This document shows, piece by piece, positions 55,701 through 64,000 of a stretch of DNA of 64,000 nt (position 1 is the stretch's first letter; every line of letters starts with the position of its first letter). The position numbers and the translations under genes were made by a program. Source of the DNA: Epithemia pelagica (taxonomy: Eukaryota; Protista; Bacillariophyta); the NCBI GenBank assembly GCA_946965045.2, contig OX337229.1, positions 4,650,001 to 4,714,000 of the forward strand. Reading direction: 5' to 3'. A model generated the notes under the pieces. The model saw nothing but the letters and a program-made list of their open reading frames with translations. It made no database searches and was not told the DNA's origin.

Positions 55701-55749
55701 CTCCCTCTCATGGAGTGATTGGGGAATTACGACATGCCGTAGACTCAGT

Positions 55750-58700
55750 TTACCATCCTTGATTGAGCTTACGGCACTTTTCGAAGAGTTCCCGAGTTTG
55801 GCACTTGGTGAAATAATCTGCCCTTTGTTCCTCGGTTCCTACCATGCTTACCTTCACTCCGCCTGGGTGATCACCTACATGTTCCCAAAAGAAGTGTAAG
55901 TACGTGTTGAAGTGTTTTGTCCTAGGTGTCAATCTTTGCTTAGTTGCAAGATAGAAGGCACCTGTATTGTCTTCAAATACTTCAGAGAAGATGGTCGGCT
56001 TCTCAAATGGCAGGTCTAGGTTTGCTAGAAGTTCCTCTATCACGCGTCTTGTAGCTATCACACTTCGCATGGCTTGGGAGAGAGCGTGGTACTCGGCTTG
56101 GAGGGTACTTAGTGCAACTGATGATTGTAGCTGCGACCGCCAAATAAGAGGACACCCACAAAAGCTAAGAATGTAACCAGTCCTGGACTTAGCACTTACT
56201 GGGTTGTCTTGAGGCTCCCTTCCATGTAGTCCTGCGAAATCGGCATCTACATAGCAATCTAGCTTGAAATCTTTAGTTGGCGTAAAGATGGTTCCTTTAT
56301 CCTTGGTGCGTGCTAGATAGCGCACTATAGTTTTCACTGCTGCCGCATGTGATTTCTTCGGATTAGAGTTGAATCGTGCTACTTGGCTCACAGCGAAGGC
56401 TATATCTGGTCGGGTGTTAGTTGCAAGGTACAGTAACATTCCCACGATAGAGCTGTATTGCCATTTCTCTTTCATGGGTTCCCCATCAGGATCGCTTCCC
56501 AATGCTAATTGTGTAGCAGGGGTCCAATTCGGGTTGCAGTCCTGCATATTGGTAGCGTCAATTACCTTGTTGATAAGTCCCTTTTGAGTCATGGTGATCG
56601 AATTGGTCTTTTCATCTCGGACAAAGTTGATCCCCAAATAATTGGTGAAATTTCCTTCTTTTTCCAGTGATAAGCCCTTTTCCTTCAATCGTTCAACTAG
56701 TTCGTCAATTAAGGTAATTGTAGGTGCGCACACTCCACAGTCGTCTACCCATAGAAAGATGATTATGTTTTCCTTGTACAGTAAACATTGGTCATGTTTA
56801 CTCATTTGGAATCCGTCTTCCTTGAGGGCCTGTATTAGGTGGTCATACCACAGTCTAGGTGCCGATGACAATCCATAGAGGCTTTTGACCAACCTAAGGC
56901 ATGTAGTTCCTTTTAACGATGATCGAAATCCTCTAGGCAGATGGATCCATACGGGTTCATTCAAAGTGGCTTGCACAAAAGCATTATTGAAGTCAATGCA
57001 TGCAAGTTCCCATCCTAGAATCAGACTGAGGGTGAGTACAATGCGAATAGTACTCCAGTTGACTACAGGGGAATAGTTCTCTTGCTCTGACTCCTGGAGG
57101 TCACCGCGAACGCAATATCGTGCTTTGAACTTGGAAATTTCTCCGTCAGGGGTTCTTTTGCGTTTAAACACCCAGGTACCGGGTAAAATTCGCGTAGTTG
57201 CTTCACTCTGCTGCACCTCTACCCATGTTCCCTTTTCTTCTAGTTCTCGGATTTCTTTGCTGGCTGCAGCCTGCCACTTGGTGAGATCCTTATCTCGCAT
57301 AGCTTCATCATAACTGAGGGTGTCAGGATCTGATAAGGAAGCTTTCATCATGGAGAGAAGGTCACTAGACTGGACAGAGGCTGGGAAACTACATAGGTCT
57401 TGCACATAGCGTTTGGGCGGTCGAATAGTTCGTCCGGAACGCCTAGACACCATAGTTGGACCAGGTGTAGGAGCTGGAGTAGGGATGTGAGGCGATTGTG
57501 GTTGCTCCCTCTGAGGAGTGGATGGCTCGAAAGAAGGGGGTGCAGGCAAAGAAGGGGTCATAGGAGAAGGTTGCTCTGCGATAGTAGGTAGTTTGGTAGG
57601 AGTGGTACGGACTGTTTCCCTCTGAGAAAGGGGCGTCGATGGAGAAAGAGGGGTTACTCCCTCTGACAACGGCACCGGTTTCTCGCCTGGAGCAGAGCCA
57701 GGAGTATTAAGAGGGTAGATACCAGGAGAGTTAGAATGACTAGGGAGGACGGAAGGGGGGTCGTGAGTCTCAATAGATCGAGTTACAGTGGTCTGTTTGT
57801 TGCCAAAGTCGGAATGATGTAGAACATCATGTGGAGCTGGAGACTCATAGTCTAGATCATCATCGTCCTCAATGTATTGGTAGTGTGAGTCACCAAAAAG
57901 TCGGTCCCATTCGTGACTGGTAAGGTCAGGAAGGTCTTCAACGGATGTGGCAATTGTACTAAACCAGTCGTCGAAGACAACGTGGAATTGAGGGGTAATA
58001 TACCCCGTATTGGGGTTGAGTACCAGTGGTACAGTTGTAGCATGACGGGTACTTAGGCCCATGAGAATTCCTCGCGTGGAGCGGGGCTTCCATCGTGGAA
58101 GCTTCTTACCGTCAGCCATGGCTTTGTCCAATACATAGACGGGACAACCCCACACATGTAAGTCATGGAATTTCCGTTGCTCCCATCTTGTTCGTGTAAA
58201 CAAGTCATGGGGACTTATGCCCGTGTCGAGGCTTGGGACATGGTTACTTAAGAAAGTTGCATGTGCGACTGCCATTGGCCATAGAGAAGGATCAGCCATT
58301 TCGGGCCATTGTATGGCTGCGTGTAGCATCATCGTTCTTGCTATAGACATAATGGTTTGTATTGCACGTTCGGCTATACCGGCATGGTGATGTGCCCCAA
58401 CTCCCGCAAATCGATAAGTTTGTGCAAAATTTTGTAGGGACTCCGTATATTTAGCCGATGTAAAGGCAGAGCCATTGTCAGTTAGGTACTGTAGGGGCAC
58501 AACTCCCACATCTCTACAGAAAAGTTCGAATGAGTCTTTTACTCGTAGGGTCTCATGGGTGTTTAGATGACTCTGGAACCCAATCCAGGTGTACCCCGAA
58601 GCGTGGTCTACAAAGATTGCGCCGCCCATGTACAGGTCGGAAGATTTTGACTTGTCTCGGGATGTAAATAAGCGTCCTTTAGTGGAGCATACAAAGTGAT

Positions 58701-61700
58701 CTACGCTTACACACTGACCAGGGTAAAGATTTCCGGCTTTTGTTATTCCCCGTCTGTCTTTTACAATGGAACTCAAGGTTCCAGGTGATGGACGTCTCTT
58801 TTGTTTTCCATATTGACACGCTGCACAAAGAGGTAAGTCGGTGAGTGATGCTGCTTTTGTGTGCAGACGACGCTGTTGCTCAGTTTTTGCGAGAATTCCA
58901 GTTCTCATAATGAACTGGATTCGACGAAACGATAGGTGCCCAAGGCGAAGATGCCAACGTACCAGTTCCTTCTGTGTCTCACTAAGATTCTTGTTTTGTT
59001 CTGATGTTTCGTTGACGATTGTGTTGAGAGCATGCGAACTCTTGGTTACTTCCTCATGGTTGTAACCGTACGACATTGGGAGATTGTTTTGCGGATTCAC
59101 AACGACAGTGACTTGTGTTCGTGTTGTGTCTTCAGGTAAACCGGTGAGTACCAATGTTTTACCGTCTTGCACAATCTTTTCGCCGTCATACTTCTGAAGC
59201 AAACTCTGTGTCGATAACAGTCTGACACTTGTCTTGGGTACCAGGAAAGCAGGAATTCGAAGTTGTCGGATGTTCCCAGAAGAATCAAGGATGCTCCATA
59301 AGACCTCTCCGCGGCCAATCGCTTTCATGCGATTGGCAATGCCTTTCACCTTGAAGTTTGGTAGTGGTTCGATCTTGCCCACGAAGTCTTTTTCGTTGTT
59401 GGTAATGGAGATGCTGGCGCCACTATCCCAGATGATGGGATAAGACGCATCATTCGGCATTGCGCTCCTCAAGGCCATTGGATCCTGAAGGCACGCTTCC
59501 AAGCCAGCAGGAGTGATGTACCTCCATGAGTCGTAGTTGCGTGTGTTCCCCAAGACTTGAAAGGCGTTGAGGGAGCGGAGTTCCTCAAGGTATGCAGTCA
59601 AACCAAAGACTTGTCTTGGGGTTGATGACTGTCGGTTGCTCCTCAAGGCTTCACTTCGAGTGGGTGAGTGGTTATCGGTGTTTCTGTTACGACGATTGGG
59701 CGTCGTGAACGAGGTTCGGTTGTTGTAATGGAAGCGCTGGTAGCTATTCGTGGGAATCACAGAGCTGCGGGTTCCCATGGGTGGATTAAACCTGGTACGT
59801 GCTGAGTTGTTGTTGTTGTTGTACGGAGTTGCGCGACGACGGAGAGGGATTGGTCGCGGCATCCGTTGTCGCATACGCGCTCGTTTGTGTGCCGGTGAAG
59901 AAGTCACGGATCGAAACGACGGCTTGCGCTTGACACGAGGGTGATTCAAAGGGAATGCAGTGTTCTTCCCTCTTTTCGGACGGGTACTGACTGGTGCACA
60001 CGGAGGAGCAGCGTGAGTGGACCCAAAGGAGTCCAGATGCAACAACTTACAAAACGACCCAACAATCAAACGGATGTAAATGAGCGGGAAACGGCGGCTC
60101 ATTGCATAGGCCAGGCCATTGCTCACCACACTCCACAATCCACCAGATGATAAGGTAGAAGAGGGCGGAGGTACCGGATGGAGAGTGGCACGGAAATGGT
60201 GGACGGAAGGTGTCGATGTGGAGTTGAACAAAGGAGAAGGATGGCCTGTCACGGGTGAAATGGTCTTGGGAAGCAAGATCAAAACAACAATCCAGCAGGA
60301 AAGCCAAGAAAAGAAGGCAGGTTGGCATGATGGATGGGCCAAAACGCTCCAGAGCAAAGCCCATAGTCCATAAAATAAAGTCTTGGTTCCCATCCAGTAG
60401 TAGCCAAAGCTAGACATGAGAGAGGCCATTCCGTCTGTGAAGACTGTAGTTGCATAGGTGGAGGGTTGGGGTGATGGCAGAAGATAGAGGACACTGGGTA
60501 CCACCACAACCAACGTGATGAAGCTAGCACGTAACATGTGACGGCTCAGGGATCTTGAGTCAACAGTAGTGTCGACAGGCGCGGGAGCGCGTGGCGGAGT
60601 CACGTAAGGGCGACCACGGCGGGTTGACTCGGTGTATGACATGTCAAAGGCAGCCATATAAACCTTCGCGTGGTCATCTGTAGGATAGGACCTGTCTTGG
60701 TCAACAGTCACAGTAGAGATGGAGTCATTAGAAGAGACTCGATCGGGAGTGACCGTAAGACAGGGGCGATCCAAGTTGTACCACGGTGGTGAAATTGGTC
60801 CACATTTCGTCAGTTCATAGGCTACATCATGTACGAGACTCAATCCCGCATGTTCGTAGGGCGATCCTGGTGTTTGTTCGCACTCAAGAATAAAATACCA
60901 CATGTCGCGAATCATGCGACGGGTATTTTGAATCCGAAGAGTCAAAAGATCTTTGAGTCCCGGGTCAGCTGCATGGGAATACTCAGCATACAAAAACCAT
61001 AAGTGGTCGGCCGCACTTGTGATCAGCTCATCCATGGTGTCAGGATGGCGAGCCAGTTCGGCTTCATTTTCTGCAGCATCGTCTCCTTGCAAGTTTGTGG
61101 TGTCGTCGAGATCCACCATGGCAGCACAGGCATAGTATTTTGCAAATGGATTTTCGCTGCGCTTTTTGGTCCTAGAGTCGTCGTCGGTTTCGCTGGTATC
61201 TGTTGGTACGTACAGTGCACCAAGTTGACTGTTGTCGACGAAAGAGGTGGATGATACAGATTCATCAGCCATGTTCTCCAAGGTCTCACACGCTGCGCTT
61301 CTTGAATGTAGATCGACGGTCGGTGGATCGGAAATATTCACGGGAGAAGGCGTGGCGTTACTCTGATTCAAGAACGAGACGAATTGATCATATTTCTGGT
61401 CAATGGGTCGGTGCTCCATGATTCGAGAGCGAAGAAGGCAAGGAAGAGGAGTTGAGTGCACACTCATCTCGGGCCAGACGGGAGCTGGATTCGGATGGTT
61501 TGGGATTCTGGTTCCATCAATGAACCATCCCACGAACCATTCTTCGTCCTTGACTCGCTGGTAGGCGACAGCCACGGTAAGTTCTGGTTCTTGATGTCGA
61601 AGAGCGTACACCGTGTACTGCGCCCTTTCGTACCTCATTCCGTCTCTTTTTGCTGTGTTGGCTTCTTGCTCGATGGAGATGCGTGGATCACGTGGACGTG

Positions 61701-63999
61701 GCCGAGGTACAAAACCTCGAGTCCACTGCTCAAGAGCTTCAGTGGCAGGAGTCGGGAATTGGTCATGGCGCAATGGCGTCGGGTTCGTCACCGGTGAGAT
61801 CTCGGGTCGCCGAAGAGCTGGCGGCTTCGAGTCGTCCAGGAGTCCTTCTTGCAGGTTCTTGAGGTGGGTAAGGTCGCTGCTGTTGTCATGGCTGATAAGC
61901 GATCCTTCTTGTGTGTCCATGGTTGTGTCCAAACCACCAGCATTCTCATAACTATCCTGTTCGTCCTCCTGCTCGATCTTGGTGCTGTCGAAGCTTTTGT
62001 CGTGCACAGCTGCGTTGGCTTCAACGCTAGAGAAGGTACGTTGGTCTGTGGGACTGTGGTCACTGCCGTACCACATATCGATGTCGTCCCACCTGTCGAA
62101 GTACAGTGTCTTGGCATGCGATCCACTCAACTTTCCCTTTTTCTTTTCTGGTTCTTCTTCCTTGTTACTTGCCGAACTCGGTAAGTCTTTGTTTGCCACA
62201 ACTGGTGTGAGTTTTTGTGCCACAAGTGGTGGCATATCAGCATACTCATCTTCGTTGTCTTCACTTTCAGTGGAGCTGTCATCGTCCTTGTGAGGTCGAC
62301 AGATCGAGACTGTTTCATTATTTGTGCTTGTTTTCTTTTCTTTTGTTTCTGTGTTGCAAGTGCATGATTCATTGTCATCATCCTTGTGGTCGCTATCGTT
62401 GTGATTGGTGGCGGTTGGTTCATTGTTGTTGGGTGACAGGATGCGGCGCAATTCGTCAAACGGAATAGGCGGTGTCCGGTCAGTGTCATCATCGTCGTTT
62501 CCAGAGTTGGTGGAACTGCAGTCCATGGACGAGCTGTCATCGGATGGTGACATGTCCCAAATGGTGAAGAAGACGTAGTGGTCGACGGTGTCCTTGCAAC
62601 AATCAACCGAATCGCAACAATCATCATCATCATTCATCAGAGCTTCGCAACAATCCACAGAGGCAAGGGACATACAGTCGGGTAAAGCAGCGACGGGCAA
62701 GGCAGGAGGATCAAGTTGGTCGAGATCGAATTCGGTCTGCCAAGCGGATACTTCGAGTTCAAGTTTCTTCGCATGGGTGGCATTCCGAGGTTTTGCTTTG
62801 TCCTTGTCGCCAGGAGACTTTTTATACCCAACAATATGGTTTGCCGTGGTGTGAGAGGTGTTCCAACGGGTACAAACACCACACCAGAACCACCGCTGAC
62901 CCTGGATCGTCTGCTGCTCAGGTGCACCAGGAGCAGGAGGGATCTTCTTCCAAGGGTGAGCCTGCGATCGATCAACGCGAGTGTTGTTACGCTTGTGAAT
63001 CGGCTTTCCCTTCCTGTCGCGGTGATTGGAGCCAGGCTGGGTGTTTGGTCCATTGCTTGGAGTCGGATTGGAACCCGGCGGGTTTCGAAGTGTCTGAATG
63101 AGTGCATTAAGACTAGCTTGAGTCATAATAGAATGCCGTTTCTTCTTAGTCTTCGAAACGGTAGCCTTGTTAGCGGTGAACGAAGAGGGGACGGATTTAG
63201 AATCAGGAGAACTTCGTTTAGGTGACCATTCACCTTCCTTGACACAGATTAGGTACTTCTTGTTCGCCTCTTCGATAACATCTGTGTACAAAAGACGCTC
63301 TTTCTTCATATGACTGTCTCCGATAGAGCGATCTAGAAACCGAATATGGATAATACCGTCATTGACACGCTTGTTCAGAGTAAGTAGGTCGAACTTAGGC
63401 GTGTCAGGCCATTCAGTCTTGAGGATGTTAGCTAGGAGGTTCCCAGTCAGAGTGTGGTCGTACTGTCCAGCTGCGATCAACGGTCGCGCTTTTTCCGAAA
63501 AATCTTTAGTCAACGCCATAATATCGTGGCCAGGGTACTTGTGAGGCACAAGAGCTCGCATCTCGTGCTTCACTTGTTCCCAGTGCTGCGGGGAATCATG
63601 TGTCACGATGGTGACAAGGACCATGAAGAGCTCGGGGAAGCACGTCACTTCCCGACTCTGGTCCTCAACTTCGTGCCTAAAGGACTTTTCCAAACAGTCC
63701 AGTAAGTAGTCCTGGGCACTGACGTCGTTGTTTCTGTCGTACTTGTCATAACTCACAATCTGCGTCTTCATCAATTCCTTCACCTTGCTCATCGTATATT
63801 TTGGGTGCTCGATTACAATGAACAACATGTCTTTGGGACCATGAGGATTGGGGAGGTATGCGATCGAGTCCATGCCGTGTTTAATCAAGTGCTGCTTGAT
63901 TTCATCCTGAAGACGGCTAAAATCACCGGTCTTCTTGCTGTACTTTTCGTCAGGCCCGGAGATACGATCGTAGTATTTCTTGTCGGTCAGGGTACGTAT
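55750..63999 (-). CDS. Copia Gag-Pol polyprotein, >=2,749 aa, 5' partial
   Basis: Frame stays open to the window edge by manual translation. Contains WFWCGVC..W..SH knuckle, IIWDSGAS protease, WHLRLGH...CAAC zinc finger, SVDH/TDNG/IAERAI integrase core, GKKLPRW, SLYGLSSAP, FLWVDDC RT motif, DADFAG/EDNTG/ADYFTK RNase H. Confidence 0.97.
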   Translation of the reverse strand: MRTLTDKKYYDRISGPDEKYSKKTGDFSRLQDEIKQHLIKHGMDSIAYLPNPHGPKDMLFIVIEHPKYTMSKVKELMKTQIVSYDKYDRNNDVSAQDYLLDCLEKSFRHEVEDQSREVTCFPELFMVLVTIVTHDSPQHWEQVKHEMRALVPHKYPGHDIMALTKDFSEKARPLIAAGQYDHTLTGNLLANILKTEWPDTPKFDLLTLNKRVNDGIIHIRFLDRSIGDSHMKKERLLYTDVIEEANKKYLICVKEGEWSPKRSSPDSKSVPSSFTANKATVSKTKKKRHSIMTQASLNALIQTLRNPPGSNPTPSNGPNTQPGSNHRDRKGKPIHKRNNTRVDRSQAHPWKKIPPAPGAPEQQTIQGQRWFWCGVCTRWNTSHTTANHIVGYKKSPGDKDKAKPRNATHAKKLELEVSAWQTEFDLDQLDPPALPVAALPDCMSLASVDCCEALMNDDDDCCDSVDCCKDTVDHYVFFTIWDMSPSDDSSSMDCSSTNSGNDDDDTDRTPPIPFDELRRILSPNNNEPTATNHNDSDHKDDDNESCTCNTETKEKKTSTNNETVSICRPHKDDDSSTESEDNEDEYADMPPLVAQKLTPVVANKDLPSSASNKEEEPEKKKGKLSGSHAKTLYFDRWDDIDMWYGSDHSPTDQRTFSSVEANAAVHDKSFDSTKIEQEDEQDSYENAGGLDTTMDTQEGSLISHDNSSDLTHLKNLQEGLLDDSKPPALRRPEISPVTNPTPLRHDQFPTPATEALEQWTRGFVPRPRPRDPRISIEQEANTAKRDGMRYERAQYTVYALRHQEPELTVAVAYQRVKDEEWFVGWFIDGTRIPNHPNPAPVWPEMSVHSTPLPCLLRSRIMEHRPIDQKYDQFVSFLNQSNATPSPVNISDPPTVDLHSRSAACETLENMADESVSSTSFVDNSQLGALYVPTDTSETDDDSRTKKRSENPFAKYYACAAMVDLDDTTNLQGDDAAENEAELARHPDTMDELITSAADHLWFLYAEYSHAADPGLKDLLTLRIQNTRRMIRDMWYFILECEQTPGSPYEHAGLSLVHDVAYELTKCGPISPPWYNLDRPCLTVTPDRVSSNDSISTVTVDQDRSYPTDDHAKVYMAAFDMSYTESTRRGRPYVTPPRAPAPVDTTVDSRSLSRHMLRASFITLVVVVPSVLYLLPSPQPSTYATTVFTDGMASLMSSFGYYWMGTKTLFYGLWALLWSVLAHPSCQPAFFSWLSCWIVVLILLPKTISPVTGHPSPLFNSTSTPSVHHFRATLHPVPPPSSTLSSGGLWSVVSNGLAYAMSRRFPLIYIRLIVGSFCKLLHLDSFGSTHAAPPCAPVSTRPKRGKNTAFPLNHPRVKRKPSFRSVTSSPAHKRARMRQRMPRPIPLRRRATPYNNNNNSARTRFNPPMGTRSSVIPTNSYQRFHYNNRTSFTTPNRRNRNTDNHSPTRSEALRSNRQSSTPRQVFGLTAYLEELRSLNAFQVLGNTRNYDSWRYITPAGLEACLQDPMALRSAMPNDASYPIIWDSGASISITNNEKDFVGKIEPLPNFKVKGIANRMKAIGRGEVLWSILDSSGNIRQLRIPAFLVPKTSVRLLSTQSLLQKYDGEKIVQDGKTLVLTGLPEDTTRTQVTVVVNPQNNLPMSYGYNHEEVTKSSHALNTIVNETSEQNKNLSETQKELVRWHLRLGHLSFRRIQFIMRTGILAKTEQQRRLHTKAASLTDLPLCAACQYGKQKRRPSPGTLSSIVKDRRGITKAGNLYPGQCVSVDHFVCSTKGRLFTSRDKSKSSDLYMGGAIFVDHASGYTWIGFQSHLNTHETLRVKDSFELFCRDVGVVPLQYLTDNGSAFTSAKYTESLQNFAQTYRFAGVGAHHHAGIAERAIQTIMSIARTMMLHAAIQWPEMADPSLWPMAVAHATFLSNHVPSLDTGISPHDLFTRTRWEQRKFHDLHVWGCPVYVLDKAMADGKKLPRWKPRSTRGILMGLSTRHATTVPLVLNPNTGYITPQFHVVFDDWFSTIATSVEDLPDLTSHEWDRLFGDSHYQYIEDDDDLDYESPAPHDVLHHSDFGNKQTTVTRSIETHDPPSVLPSHSNSPGIYPLNTPGSAPGEKPVPLSEGVTPLSPSTPLSQRETVRTTPTKLPTIAEQPSPMTPSLPAPPSFEPSTPQREQPQSPHIPTPAPTPGPTMVSRRSGRTIRPPKRYVQDLCSFPASVQSSDLLSMMKASLSDPDTLSYDEAMRDKDLTKWQAAASKEIRELEEKGTWVEVQQSEATTRILPGTWVFKRKRTPDGEISKFKARYCVRGDLQESEQENYSPVVNWSTIRIVLTLSLILGWELACIDFNNAFVQATLNEPVWIHLPRGFRSSLKGTTCLRLVKSLYGLSSAPRLWYDHLIQALKEDGFQMSKHDQCLLYKENIIIFLWVDDCGVCAPTITLIDELVERLKEKGLSLEKEGNFTNYLGINFVRDEKTNSITMTQKGLINKVIDATNMQDCNPNWTPATQLALGSDPDGEPMKEKWQYSSIVGMLLYLATNTRPDIAFAVSQVARFNSNPKKSHAAAVKTIVRYLARTKDKGTIFTPTKDFKLDCYVDADFAGLHGREPQDNPVSAKSRTGYILSFCGCPLIWRSQLQSSVALSTLQAEYHALSQAMRSVIATRRVIEELLANLDLPFEKPTIFSEVFEDNTGAFYLATKQRLTPRTKHFNTYLHFFWEHVGDHPGGVKVSMVGTEEQRADYFTKCQTRELFEKCRKLNQGW

Positions 64000-64000
64000 C

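Larger units (their letters stand above)
54826..64000 (-). mobile_element. Second Ty1/copia LTR retrotransposon (different lineage), 5' end outside the window
   Basis: Single uninterrupted Gag-PR-IN-RT-RH ORF, PPT and putative LTR. Protease motif (WDSGAS) and Gag differ from the first element. Confidence 0.93.

Noticed and set aside
1-64000. CRISPR arrays, rRNA genes, prokaryotic operons
   Set aside because: None seen; the sequence is intron-containing eukaryotic DNA.

Overview
Gene-dense eukaryotic nuclear DNA, almost certainly from a diatom: short 66-91 nt GT-AG introns, a silicanin-family protein, signal-peptide plus F/W plastid-targeting N-termini, and diatom-type Ty1/copia (CoDi-like) elements. 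Bases 1-40,140 and 47,880-53,350 hold 22 single-copy genes, mostly in alternating head-to-head/tail-to-tail order: G3BP-like, galectin-RRM, ankyrin-like, IFRD, UBX, SENP8, DUF4336, silicanin, MFS, RPL6, FAM13-like, eIF2B-alpha, PPR, PP1, PLAC8-like/PrsW, ABC1K, NAT10, RBM39, HSBP1, patatin, UFD1 and an SLC25 carrier. A complete, very young copia element (40,385-47,474, minus strand; identical 174-bp LTRs; GGAC target duplication) lies between HSBP1 and the patatin gene. Its gag and pol are in one frame separated by a single UGA. Its 5' leader carries what looks like a self-contained Pol III unit: a tRNA-like A/B-box head, a long base-paired rod and a T8 terminator. A second, unrelated copia (about 54,826 to beyond the window end) encodes a >=2,749-aa polyprotein with a ~1,130-aa insert containing transmembrane-like segments. 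It appears to interrupt an ORF that may belong to a DNA transposon. All family calls come from motif recognition by eye; no database searches or folding programs were run.
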